NCBI GenBank assembly: GCA_048939765.1
Contig: JBHLPF010000035.1
Span: 1 to 38,439 of the forward strand
DNA length: 38,439 bases
Source of the DNA: Promethearchaeota archaeon
GTDB lineage: Archaea > Asgardarchaeota > Thorarchaeia > Thorarchaeales > Thorarchaeaceae
Reading direction: 5' to 3'
Under the pieces are notes generated by a model. It was not told the origin of the DNA. It did not search any database and was given only the letters and a program-made list of their open reading frames with translations. Shown here piece after piece: positions 8,742 through 18,008 of this stretch (position 1 is its first letter; every line of letters starts with the position of its first letter). The position numbers and the translations under genes were made by a program.

Positions 8742-10559
8742 TTACTCGTAGTAGTAATCTCCAGATCGTTTCTGCTCCTCATCCTTGACGCTTCCAGCCT
8801 TGTTGACTCGCGGTCTACCGGTCTGAGGATCTCGTCTAAAGGTGACAGCCATCTGTTTCAAGAATGCATTCATTCCACGACGAAGTGTAGTGACGGATGA
8901 TGCAATCCCCTTCCTCCCAGGCACTCCGCCAAATATCACCATACTATCGCTCAGATAGTCTGCCATGAGAATTGAGTGCTCAACAACAAATGCAGTCCTC
9001 ATCTGAGTCTGAATGGTCCTGCGGATAGCCCTTGAACTGGCCAGTCTTTGCTCAATGTCGAGGAAAGCTGAGGGCTCATCGAAGAGGTAGATATCTGCAT
9101 CTTGGGCCAGAGTTCGTGCTATAGTTGCACGTTGAAGTTCGCCACCAGACAACTCAGCCACTGCATGGTCCATCAAGTCTTCGAGTTCGAGTTTCCTCAG
9201 TACTGAGGTTCTGAAGTCTGCGCTATCTACTGTGGAACCACCAGCCTCACGAAGATACATTCTCACATTTCCAGAATAGTCTGCCTCAATGTACTGTGGT
9301 TTGTATGCTACTTTTAGATCGAAGCCAGAAACAGTCTTTGTTGGAACTTCTCCCTCACTGGACTCTAACTCCCCAGCTAGCATCCGGACAAAGGTAGTCT
9401 TTCCAATCCCGTTGGGTCCAAGGATGCCAATTATCTGTCCTCTATTCACACGCCCACCTTTCACTTCAAGTGTGAAGTCTTCGAACTCCTTCCTCAGGTC
9501 TCCATACTCAATAAGGGTCTCTGAGCTCCTAAACTCTTCATCTTCTCCTGTCATGCCTTTGAATGAGATTGCGGTGTCTCGAAACCTCATGTTCTCATCA
9601 GGGATATAGCCATCGAGAAAGATGTTCACGCCAACTCTGGTTCCATGGGGATGAGATACAATTCCATAAGCACCTGGTTTGCCATAGAAAATGCAGACCA
9701 GATCTGAAACATAATCGAGAATTGAAAGGTCGTGCTCAACAACGACCACTGTCTTTCCTTGGTCAGAGAGGTTGCGGATTGCTCGGCCCACTCTTAGTCT
9801 CTCGCGGACATCAAGGTAGGCAGTTGGCTCGTCAAAGAAGTAGATATCGCCCTCCCGCACAATTGCAGCTGTCATCGCAACTCGCTGCAGTTCTCCACCT
9901 GAGAGAAATTTGATTGGACGGTCCCAAATCTCAGTCAGGCTCATGTCTTCCTTCAGGTCTTTGAGTCGACCGGAGGTGTCTGCAGCTTGAAGGAGTTCAC
10001 TGATTGGTTTATCAGCCACAGCTTTGACCTTGGGCAGGTCGGTTATGGTCTGGGGTTTGTGGACTGGCACAATCTGCCCATCCTGTATTCGTTCAAAGAA
10101 GGGCTGCAACTCTGACCCTCGATACTGCTTGATTATATCATCCCATTCGGGAGGGCGCTCTACATTGCCAAGATTGGGCTTCAATTCGCCGGCCAGTATT
10201 CGAATAGCCGTCGTCTTGCCAACGCCATTGGCACCAATCAGCCCTAGGACCTGCCCCTCCTTTGGAATAGGCATCCGGAAGAGTTCGAATCCATTAACGC
10301 CGTAGCGGTGACTGCCGTCAGTATCGAGTTCTTCAGGAAGATTCACCACGCTGATTACATGGTAGGGACACTTCTTCACACACATTGCTGCCCCGGAGCA
10401 GAGAGACTCCACAATGGTAGGGGGCTTGTCAGGGCCATCGAAGAATACGACTGTTTCAGTGCCAGTCCTGACCATAGGGCAGAACCTCTGACACTCATGA
10501 GTGCAGTCTTTTGGCCTGCAACGGACCCTATCAATTACTGCAATGCGCATTGTTGTCAT
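8742..10559 (-). CDS. rli: Ribosome recycling ATPase ABCE1 (RLI)
   Basis: N-terminal Fe-S domain, HRYGVNGFELF, two Walker A motifs, two LSGGELQR, TFRRD..TGRPRVNK, GDYYY. Confidence 0.98.
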   Translation of the reverse strand: MTTMRIAVIDRVRCRPKDCTHECQRFCPMVRTGTETVVFFDGPDKPPTIVESLCSGAAMCVKKCPYHVISVVNLPEELDTDGSHRYGVNGFELFRMPIPKEGQVLGLIGANGVGKTTAIRILAGELKPNLGNVERPPEWDDIIKQYRGSELQPFFERIQDGQIVPVHKPQTITDLPKVKAVADKPISELLQAADTSGRLKDLKEDMSLTEIWDRPIKFLSGGELQRVAMTAAIVREGDIYFFDEPTAYLDVRERLRVGRAIRNLSDQGKTVVVVEHDLSILDYVSDLVCIFYGKPGAYGIVSHPHGTRVGVNIFLDGYIPDENMRFRDTAISFKGMTGEDEEFRSSETLIEYGDLRKEFEDFTLEVKGGRVNRGQIIGILGPNGIGKTTFVRMLAGELESSEGEVPTKTVSGFDLKVAYKPQYIEADYSGNVRMYLREAGGSTVDSADFRTSVLRKLELEDLMDHAVAELSGGELQRATIARTLAQDADIYLFDEPSAFLDIEQRLASSRAIRRTIQTQMRTAFVVEHSILMADYLSDSMVIFGGVPGRKGIASSVTTLRRGMNAFLKQMAVTFRRDPQTGRPRVNKAGSVKDEEQKRSGDYYYE

Positions 10560-10682
10560 TCACCTTCAGGAGGAATGAGGGGGGATTTGGCGCATAGTAT
10601 TTAGCGCTTTGGCTCAGGTCGAGGCAAGTAAATAGACAGATGAAAAACCTTTAGAACCATTGGCGTCAACAAAAACACAGAG

Positions 10683-10925
10683 ATGAAACTATTAGAACGA
10701 ATTCTGGGCATATTTGCCAGACAGCGCAATCTGTTCCTAGGCGCAGTTGGGCATCCAGACACTCTTGCTGAATACATCTATCAAGTCAGAGCCCAGACAT
10801 ATCTTAGACTTACCGGAAAGAAGCTCACACAAGTATCTATGAAAGATGCCGCAAACAGTCCCAATCCAAGCGACCTCTCAGATAGCATTTCTCGTGTCCG
10901 GCGTGTGACTCGTAGAAATGCATAG
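10683..10925 (+). CDS. Small hypothetical protein
   Basis: 80-aa ORF with ATG filling the gap divergent from ABCE1; no recognised motif. Confidence 0.5.
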   Translation: MKLLERILGIFARQRNLFLGAVGHPDTLAEYIYQVRAQTYLRLTGKKLTQVSMKDAANSPNPSDLSDSISRVRRVTRRNA

Positions 10926-10940
10926 CGAGACAAGGGCTTG

Positions 10941-10992
10941 AGAGAGTTTATAGGATTTCAGTCGTAGAAGCACTTGGGGATTGGAGATTCCA
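10941..10992 (+). promoter_or_regulatory. Promoter/leader copy 1 (TTTATA box), duplicated at 11616-11666
   Basis: agagtttataggatttcagtcgtagaagcacttggggattggagatt is nearly identical to the upstream region of the paralogue. Confidence 0.6.
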
Positions 10993-11604
10993 GTCAAAGG
11001 TCGCAATTCTGTTCTGATGGGTCTATTGGTAATTGCCCTCCTCATCCCATTCATCACCATGGTCACAGTCCACGCAGAAGGGATCCATCTAGACCTGACC
11101 TATGAATACTTGCACTTCTACAGGCAGATTGGATCTGAAAATACAAATGAAACATCTGAAACCTACAGTATCTCCGTCGGCGTATCTCTAGATAATTTGA
11201 GCCTTGCCCTGAGCGGTGAGGAGTTCGAAGGGTATCCAGTCTGGGCTAATGTGAGCATGTGGAGTGAGGGTGATACAGTTCAATTAGGCGGCCAAGAAGT
11301 CACAATCTTGAGTAGCCAAACCAGGTATGGATTCTATTGCTGGGTGGCAGAAGATCAAAATGGTACAGATATCTACTATCATAAGGAATTTGGTATATTC
11401 CTGGGTTCTTATTACTGGGAATCATTCTGGTTGGAAGATTCATTTTCGGTGTGGGAAACACGGGAAATCTTTCTGACAAATCAGAATATTGACGATTTCA
11501 ATGCTGTTCAGTTTATGTACAATACCGATGCGATACTGTTCTCAGCGATTCTAATTGAGTCCGTAATACTCGTTCCTGCCTATGAAAGAAGGGAAACCAC
11601 ATAG
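10981..11604 (+). CDS. Membrane-anchored extracellular protein, paralogue 1
   Basis: N-terminal hydrophobic helix, aromatic beta-rich middle with NxT sequons, C-terminal hydrophobic segment. Confidence 0.8.
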   Translation: MEIPVKGRNSVLMGLLVIALLIPFITMVTVHAEGIHLDLTYEYLHFYRQIGSENTNETSETYSISVGVSLDNLSLALSGEEFEGYPVWANVSMWSEGDTVQLGGQEVTILSSQTRYGFYCWVAEDQNGTDIYYHKEFGIFLGSYYWESFWLEDSFSVWETREIFLTNQNIDDFNAVQFMYNTDAILFSAILIESVILVPAYERRETT

Positions 11605-11615
11605 CTGACCGTTGC

Positions 11616-11666
11616 TAGAGTTTATAGGAATTCATTCATAGAAACACTTGGGGATTAGAGATTTCA
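11616..11666 (+). promoter_or_regulatory. Promoter/leader copy 2 (TTTATA box)
   Basis: agagtttataggaattcattcatagaaacacttggggattagagatt. Confidence 0.6.
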
Positions 11667-11684
11667 CTCTCGAGTCAGGACATA

Positions 11685-12275
11685 GTGGTGGCAAGCCTTA
11701 TTGTCATTGCACTCGCCATTCCGATAATCACCATTGTCCAGATAATCCCAGAAACAATAGATCTTCAACTCAACTACTTGTATAGACACAGCGTTCAGCA
11801 CGGTAGTTTTGATTCTGATACCGGCACCAACTACACCATCTACGAGTTCTCATCAGCGGCAACGCTAGACAATTTCAGTCTTGTCCTTAGCGGTAAGGAA
11901 GTGCGGAGCTATCCAGTTTGGATCAATGTCAGCTCGTGGGATTTCGGCGATACTGTACAAATAGCCAATCAGACAGTTACGATTGAATGGGACTCTGAGA
12001 GAAATGGCCTAGAGTGCTGGATTGGGCAGCTTCAGAATGGAACAGACGTGTATTATTCAAAGGAGTACGGTGTTTTTCTTGGTACCTACTATCATGAGTT
12101 TGAGTTCATTGGTGCGACTTTCTACTCTGAAACATACCAGATTGAACTCACATACCAGAATCTCATGGATTTCTTTGAGATAGAATACGAATTCAACATT
12201 GATGCGCTAGTACTCTCTATAGTCCTCATAGAGGCGGCCATCGTCATTTGGCTTGTTGAAAGAGGACGAAGATGA
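11685..12275 (+). CDS. Membrane-anchored extracellular protein, paralogue 2
   Basis: Shares LDNxSLxLSG, YPVWxNVS, GDTVQ, CW, QNGTDxYY, GxFLGxYY with 10981-11604. Confidence 0.8.
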   Translation: MVASLIVIALAIPIITIVQIIPETIDLQLNYLYRHSVQHGSFDSDTGTNYTIYEFSSAATLDNFSLVLSGKEVRSYPVWINVSSWDFGDTVQIANQTVTIEWDSERNGLECWIGQLQNGTDVYYSKEYGVFLGTYYHEFEFIGATFYSETYQIELTYQNLMDFFEIEYEFNIDALVLSIVLIEAAIVIWLVERGRR

Positions 12276-12320
12276 GTGTAACTCCGAAAGTCTTAAGCAA
12301 AATCAAGGATGGCTAGTAAT

Positions 12321-12393
12321 GTGGAATGATGATGAAGTAGGGATGGTGAGCGTCTCATCAACGTGATGACCCACTAAACCGCAGTCTGACCAC
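12321..12393 (+). ncRNA. Box C/D methylation-guide sRNA
   Basis: Terminal stem GTGG/CCAC; C box ATGATGA 12326-12332; D'-like GTGA 12346-12349; C' GTGATGA 12363-12369; D box CTGA 12386-12389; exact K-turn geometry; intergenic, with a TATA-like CTTAAG about 26 nt upstream. Confidence 0.85.
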
Positions 12394-12487
12394 TTATCAG
12401 TATACACTGAATTGTAATTCAACACCTCATAACGAAAAGAGGACCCAAAGCCCTTGACGGCCTCTACCAGGAGACCCATGAAACTTG

Positions 12488-12895
12488 ATGGCCATTGACT
12501 GTAAGCGGTTTTGCCCCGATGTGAGGATATGCTGTCAAGAAACCGAGATGACCATCACACGAAAGGATGCAGAAAGAATCAATGCACTTGGCTATTCCAC
12601 CACAGACTACTCCCATAAGGTAGAAGACGGGTTTTGTGAATTGGATAATATTGATGGTCATTGTTACTTCTATGACCCATCATCTAAAGGCTGTAGCATA
12701 TACGATGCGAGACCAGAAGGGTGTCGATGGTTTCCCGTTGTATATCACTATAAGAAGCGCAGGTGTGTTCTTGATGATGTCTGTCCTGCATCGCCAACTT
12801 TAACCAGGACCGATATTAGAAAGGTCTGTCACAAGGTGAAAGCACTGATAGAGGAGTTAAGGAGAGAGGCTGCTCATGCCGAGAGCCCTTGCTGA
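12488..12895 (+). CDS. YkgJ-family cysteine cluster protein
   Basis: CC, GHCYFYD, GCSIYDARPEGCRWFP motif. Confidence 0.9.
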   Translation: MAIDCKRFCPDVRICCQETEMTITRKDAERINALGYSTTDYSHKVEDGFCELDNIDGHCYFYDPSSKGCSIYDARPEGCRWFPVVYHYKKRRCVLDDVCPASPTLTRTDIRKVCHKVKALIEELRREAAHAESPC

Positions 12896-13733
12896 CCTTC
12901 ATACCCATTCGTCCATTTCGGATGGACAAGATTCTCCAACTGATTTGGTCAGACTAGCCGATGAATTGAATCTTGGCGGAATTGCATTGACAGACCATGA
13001 CACTATCTTGGGTCTAAGAGAGTTCATGGAGGCAAAGGCAACACTCGACCTTCAAAGGGTTCCAGGTCTGGAACTCAGTGCAGACTACGAGAATCAAGAA
13101 GTGCACATTCTAGGGTACTTTGTGCCCTTGGAATCCGAGAAGCTTGATGCAAAACTTGGAGACCTCAGAGATCGCCGGCGGTTCAAGTTTTCCAAAATGA
13201 TTGACAAACTTCATAATCTTGGGATAGAACTGGAGCATGAGGAGATAGAAGCGGCGCTGGAAGGAGTAGAGAGTCCTGGGCGTCCACATCTTGGTGCGTT
13301 GCTGGTGAAGAAAGGAATAGTGGCATCAATCGATGAGGCATTTGACTTGTACCTAGGAGAGGGAAGACCTGCATATGTTGAGAAGAAACGCATGCATGTT
13401 TTCGAGGCGATTGATCTTATCAGGTCAGCAGGGGCGGTGCCTGTTGTTGCGCATCCGTTTACCGTCGAGGTGCCCGACATAGTAAGTTTCCTTGAAACCC
13501 TAAAGAGAGCAGGAATTCTTGGTGTTGAGGTCGATTATGACTATCATCCTGCCAGAACCGATGTGAAATTGGAAGAATTGCGAAGAGTCACACAGGAGCT
13601 GAATCTCATAGAAACCGGAGGAAGTGACTATCACGGAGAGTCCTGGATGGGCACATTGGGAAGTGTAACAGTGCCAGTAAGAACCATTGAGATTCTCAGA
13701 AATGCTGCAGATGACATTAATACGCAAGCCTAA
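12876..13733 (+). CDS. PHP-domain phosphoesterase (TrpH/YciV-like)
   Basis: DLHTHS..SDG, ALTDHD, VHILGY, GRPH, AHP, GGSDYHG. Confidence 0.93.
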   Translation: MPRALADLHTHSSISDGQDSPTDLVRLADELNLGGIALTDHDTILGLREFMEAKATLDLQRVPGLELSADYENQEVHILGYFVPLESEKLDAKLGDLRDRRRFKFSKMIDKLHNLGIELEHEEIEAALEGVESPGRPHLGALLVKKGIVASIDEAFDLYLGEGRPAYVEKKRMHVFEAIDLIRSAGAVPVVAHPFTVEVPDIVSFLETLKRAGILGVEVDYDYHPARTDVKLEELRRVTQELNLIETGGSDYHGESWMGTLGSVTVPVRTIEILRNAADDINTQA

Positions 13734-13771
13734 TCTGAAGTGTTTTCAAGTGGCAGTCGAGTGGTGACCAG

Positions 13772-14677
13772 TTGAGAATAATAGATGCTCATACACACAC
13801 TTGGACTAGGGATATCATCAGTGAGAAGGACCTCGAGGCACGTCGCATCGCCGCAGAACGGGATGGCACAGAGCCTCAACTAGACTCCCCTCTTAAAGCA
13901 CTGCAGGCCTCAATGAAAGATGCGAATATAGAGAGAGCAGTCATCCTTCCGATTGACAGTGGTCTCAATCAAGATATGCCATTGACCATGAGGGAAAAGA
14001 CTGACTGGCATGCAGATGAAGTGAAAGGATATCCGAATATCCTCACCTTTGTGGGACTCGATCCTCGCAGAGGGAAGGAAGGATTAGAGGAGCTAGAAAG
14101 GGCAGTCAAGGAGAAGAACTGTGCTGGATGGAAGATGTACCCTCCAAACGGATTCTATCCTGATAACGAGGAGTTCTATCCCTACTATGAACTATGCACG
14201 GAACTAGGAGTTCCAGTGCTAATTCACCAGGGATTCACTTCAAGATTCAAGCACATCAAATTCGGGCAGCCAGTCCATGTGGATAGTGTGGCGGTAGACT
14301 TTCCGAAACTCAAGATAGTCTTAGCACATGTAGGAGTTCCATGGGTGGATGAGGCTCTGACAATCGCTGCAAAGAATCCCAACGTGCATGTCGATGTATC
14401 AGGATGGCAGATCTATGCAGCTGGCAACGCATCCAGACTCTATCGCATGGTCGTAGATGCGAAGACTATGCGAGTGTTCCCAAATCGTGTCATATGGGGT
14501 AGTGATTTCCCACTCTTCGAGCAGGTCATGTCCTTGAAGAAATGGAGTGAATTCTTTGCGAATCTCCAAGTTCCTGACTCAATACTGGATGAGGGGCATG
14601 CTCAAGTAACCAAGGATGAGATTGAAGCTGTGATGTGGAAGAATGCCGCTCGTTTGTTCTTCGGTGAGAAATTATGA
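13772..14677 (+). CDS. Amidohydrolase family 2 protein
   Basis: IDAHTH, GWKMYP, VLIHQG, IVLAHVG, NVHVDVSG, WGSDFP, NAARL. Confidence 0.9.
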   Translation: MRIIDAHTHTWTRDIISEKDLEARRIAAERDGTEPQLDSPLKALQASMKDANIERAVILPIDSGLNQDMPLTMREKTDWHADEVKGYPNILTFVGLDPRRGKEGLEELERAVKEKNCAGWKMYPPNGFYPDNEEFYPYYELCTELGVPVLIHQGFTSRFKHIKFGQPVHVDSVAVDFPKLKIVLAHVGVPWVDEALTIAAKNPNVHVDVSGWQIYAAGNASRLYRMVVDAKTMRVFPNRVIWGSDFPLFEQVMSLKKWSEFFANLQVPDSILDEGHAQVTKDEIEAVMWKNAARLFFGEKL

Positions 14678-15153
14678 CCCATTTCATTGTTGATGCAATG
14701 CTGGGCAAACTCACTCTTTGGCTAAGACTGACTGGGCACGATACAATCTATTCCACAGAAATACATGATGATGAGATGTTGCGTATTGCTGAGAGAGAAA
14801 ATCGAGTCCTGCTGACTGCAGATGAAGAGCTTTTCGAACGGTCCCAGCAGAGAGGAATCAATGCACTCCTTCTAAGAGGTACTGTCGATGAGCGTGTGGC
14901 ACGGGTATTCAGCGAGTTTAACATTCGGCCTCATATCGACCCTAGTAATTCGCGTTGCTCAAAGTGCAATGGTACTCTGGAAGAGCTGAGTAATACCACG
15001 AAGGTGAAGATCAAGGACCTTGTCCATGAACAGACCTACAATCATTACGACAAATTCTGGTATTGCAGTGATTGTCAAAGTGTATATTTCCAAGGTGGAC
15101 AATGGGAGAATATCACTGAGTATATGGAACGAATTAGAGGGCTCCTCGGCTAA
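14674..15153 (+). CDS. Mut7-C (PIN-like) RNase domain protein with Zn ribbon
   Basis: FIVDAMLGKLTLWLRLTGHDT, RVLLTAD, SRCSKCNG, FWYCSDC..YFQG; ATGA overlap with upstream gene. Confidence 0.92.
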   Translation: MTHFIVDAMLGKLTLWLRLTGHDTIYSTEIHDDEMLRIAERENRVLLTADEELFERSQQRGINALLLRGTVDERVARVFSEFNIRPHIDPSNSRCSKCNGTLEELSNTTKVKIKDLVHEQTYNHYDKFWYCSDCQSVYFQGGQWENITEYMERIRGLLG

Positions 15154-15608
15154 TCCGTTTCCTCGCGAACAGACACGTCGTAGTCTATCGGTATACTTCC
15201 GCTTATTGTGCGTGTAAGATGACAGTATTCTTTCATGAGGTGAAGACACCTCTCACCTGCTTCTATCTCGTCCTCACCAACAACTATCTCACCCCAGACA
15301 GATATGCCAGTTATCTTGTAGCCCTCACCATCGAATTTGGCTGTTGCTTTGCCATTCAGATCTATAGCTATGAGATGCATCTCAAATCGTCGCTGAAAAT
15401 CAAGGAATGTATTGTTCAGGCACCCCAAGACTGATGACACAAAGAGCTCATCTGGACAGATACCATCTCCCCTGCCGCCATAGGTTGGTGGAGTGTCAAT
15501 CACAACCTTTCGATTATTTGTCACATAGGCGGTACACCCAGTCAGTCCGTCCCACGAGCTTCTGGCCGTGTATTCCAGAATCTCAGGGTATCTTGGTTTC
15601 AACTTCAT
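15150..15608 (-). CDS. OsmC/Ohr-family protein
   Basis: IDTPPTYGG.GDGICPDELFVSSVLGC and second Cys in EYCHL. Confidence 0.85.
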   Translation of the reverse strand: MKLKPRYPEILEYTARSSWDGLTGCTAYVTNNRKVVIDTPPTYGGRGDGICPDELFVSSVLGCLNNTFLDFQRRFEMHLIAIDLNGKATAKFDGEGYKITGISVWGEIVVGEDEIEAGERCLHLMKEYCHLTRTISGSIPIDYDVSVREETD

Positions 15609-15712
15609 CAGAAGCACCTCGATGGAGTCGGTTCTAGGTTCTGATTAAGGATTGCGGTCAGTCAGTAAGCCATTTAAACGGGCCAACCAATCACGCCTTG
15701 GAGTCTGACCTC

Positions 15713-16756
15713 ATGAGCCGTCGAATGAACGCTGCAATGTATCATGGAGTTGGGGATATCAGATATGAACAGACTGATGTTCCGGAAATTGGCCCTGGTG
15801 AGCTGCTGGTGAAAGTCGGCAATGCACTCACCTGTGGTACAGATGTCAAGACCTACAAGAGAGGACATCCAATCCTCTTGAAACATACACCGGCGCTGTT
15901 TGGTCATGAATATGCAGGGACAGTCGACTCCGTTGGAGAAGGCGTAGACAGATTCAGTGTAGGAGACCGCGTAGTAGCCACAAACTCAGCTCCATGTGGA
16001 ACCTGCTTCTTCTGCAAACGTGGTAGTTTCAATCTCTGCCCTGAGCTGAAGGAGTCATTCGTGAATGGTGCCTTTGCAGAGTTTGTAAGAGTCCCTGAGC
16101 ATGTAGTCAAATGGAACACACATCGCATTCCGGATTCCCTCTCGTTTCGAGATGCTGCCTTGACCGAGCCTCTTGCCTGTGTTGTCCATGGGATAGAAGA
16201 AGCGAACATCCGGCTTGGTGACACTGTGGCGATAATTGGGGCAGGACCTATTGGACAGATGATGATTATGCTTGCAAAGAAGAGCGGCGCATCCAGTGTC
16301 ATAGTGTCAGATCTGGCTAAACTTCGAAGGGAGATGGCGTTGCGGGCCGGAGCAGATGTTGTGATTGATCCCGCTAATGAGGATGCTATCGAGAGAGTGA
16401 GGTCAGAAACCGAGGGCTATGGAGCAGATGTTGTGATTGAGGCGGTTGGGCTCCCAGCGACTTGGGAGCAAGCGGTGGATATGACCCGAGATGCTGGCAT
16501 GACTGTGCTGTTTGGCGGCGCTGCTTCGGGAACCAAGTTCGAGATTGACACAGTACGATTCCACTATGGACAGCTCACGATCAAAGGTGTCTTTCATCTG
16601 ACACCAAGACATGTAGAACAAGCGCTCAAGCTCATAATAGCCGGCGATGTTGACCCCGATATCTTGATTACTCACACAATGCCTCTCGAGAAGGTGACCG
16701 ATGCCATTCTTATGATGAGCAAGGGAGAGAGCATGAAAGTCGCTATTGAGCCATGA
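15713..16756 (+). CDS. Zinc-dependent alcohol dehydrogenase (sorbitol/threonine DH-like)
   Basis: CGTD, GHEYAG, CGTCFFC..C, EPLAC, GAGPIG. Confidence 0.93.
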   Translation: MSRRMNAAMYHGVGDIRYEQTDVPEIGPGELLVKVGNALTCGTDVKTYKRGHPILLKHTPALFGHEYAGTVDSVGEGVDRFSVGDRVVATNSAPCGTCFFCKRGSFNLCPELKESFVNGAFAEFVRVPEHVVKWNTHRIPDSLSFRDAALTEPLACVVHGIEEANIRLGDTVAIIGAGPIGQMMIMLAKKSGASSVIVSDLAKLRREMALRAGADVVIDPANEDAIERVRSETEGYGADVVIEAVGLPATWEQAVDMTRDAGMTVLFGGAASGTKFEIDTVRFHYGQLTIKGVFHLTPRHVEQALKLIIAGDVDPDILITHTMPLEKVTDAILMMSKGESMKVAIEP

Positions 16757-17265
16757 CTTCTCTGGGGAAAAGAACCTTGAGCGACGATAGAGATAGAACG
16801 CTCGAAGACAAGGTTGAAACGATATATAGAGCGAGAGACAAAGAGAGAGAGAGCGCCCGGGGCCTGCGAGAGAATGAGAGGTCACTGATAAGCCTCATTC
16901 AGAAGCTGGATGACTATGAGGGTATTATTGTGATAGTGGAGGGAAAACGAGATGAACACATTCTCCGGAGTCTGGGACTTCGTGCTCCCATAGTGAAGAC
17001 ACAGCATGGTATGCCAAGGCCAGAACTCTTGGATGATATTGCATCACGTGCAGGCAGGAATGGACAGGTTCTCATCCTTACAGATTTTGACGACGAGGGC
17101 GTTGAGATCTGCAGGTTCATTGAAAGAGGGCTGGAACCAAGGCGGGTAAGAATCCTTCAAGGCCTCCGCTTAGAGATTCGCAAAGCTATGGGAAACTGGC
17201 GTTGTATTGAGGAGATGGTGGCCCTCTTCAAGAGAAAGGACTCACCAGAACCATGTCCGTACTAG
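16753..17265 (+). CDS. Small stand-alone TOPRIM domain protein
   Basis: VIVEGKRD and ILTDFDDEG (E and DxD motifs). Confidence 0.88.
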   Translation: MTSLGKRTLSDDRDRTLEDKVETIYRARDKERESARGLRENERSLISLIQKLDDYEGIIVIVEGKRDEHILRSLGLRAPIVKTQHGMPRPELLDDIASRAGRNGQVLILTDFDDEGVEICRFIERGLEPRRVRILQGLRLEIRKAMGNWRCIEEMVALFKRKDSPEPCPY

Positions 17266-17459
17266 CCCAACTATACAGTGACCTGTGAGCCGCAATTCTG
17301 ACAGATGAACTGTCCACCAGCCGCACCCAAAGTGATGCCACACGCAGACAAAGGCCATTTAAGAAGAGTGCGTTGAGCATTTGCATACGAAGGAAAAGCG
17401 ACAGTTTTGCTGAATAAGAAGACAGAATAGCAATGCATCTAGGAGTGAAATGAGGTTTC

Positions 17460-17957
17460 ATGCGAGTCTTTTCGATTGCTGGTTACTCAGGCACAGGCAA
17501 GACAACACTAGTCGAGGCACTCATCAGAGAACTGACTAGAAGGGGATACTCGATTGCAACTATCAAGAGCACCAATGAGAATGTGACTGATTTGGAAGGT
17601 ACAGACACGGAGCGGCATCGATTGGCTGGAGCAAGGATCACAATGCTGGTGGGACCAGATTCAGTGATGATTCGGTCGGAGAGACCGTCGAGTCTGAAAG
17701 AGTATCTTTCCTCATTTCAAAGCGACCTGCTAATAATCGAGGGCATGAAGGAAAAGGCCATTCCTAAGATCTGGTGTATTGGTAAGGATGTGCCACCGAA
17801 GGCCTTGCCTGACGGCGTCCTGGCAGTATTCACATTGGATGAAGCATCATCTGATGAGGAAGGGCCTACGATTTCACGTTATACCAGAGAGCATATTGCG
17901 GAGCTTGCTGATTTGATTGAAACAGATTCGGTAGACTTGGATGAGGTAGACCTGTGA
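17460..17957 (+). CDS. mobB: Molybdopterin-guanine dinucleotide biosynthesis protein B
   Basis: GYSGTGKTT, IATIK, GTDT.RH..AGA, LIIEGMK..PKI. Confidence 0.88.
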   Translation: MRVFSIAGYSGTGKTTLVEALIRELTRRGYSIATIKSTNENVTDLEGTDTERHRLAGARITMLVGPDSVMIRSERPSSLKEYLSSFQSDLLIIEGMKEKAIPKIWCIGKDVPPKALPDGVLAVFTLDEASSDEEGPTISRYTREHIAELADLIETDSVDLDEVDL

Positions 17958-18008
17958 AGGCGGCATGTCCAATCAAAATACTCTTCAAAGGTCATAACGC
18001 TGCATACT

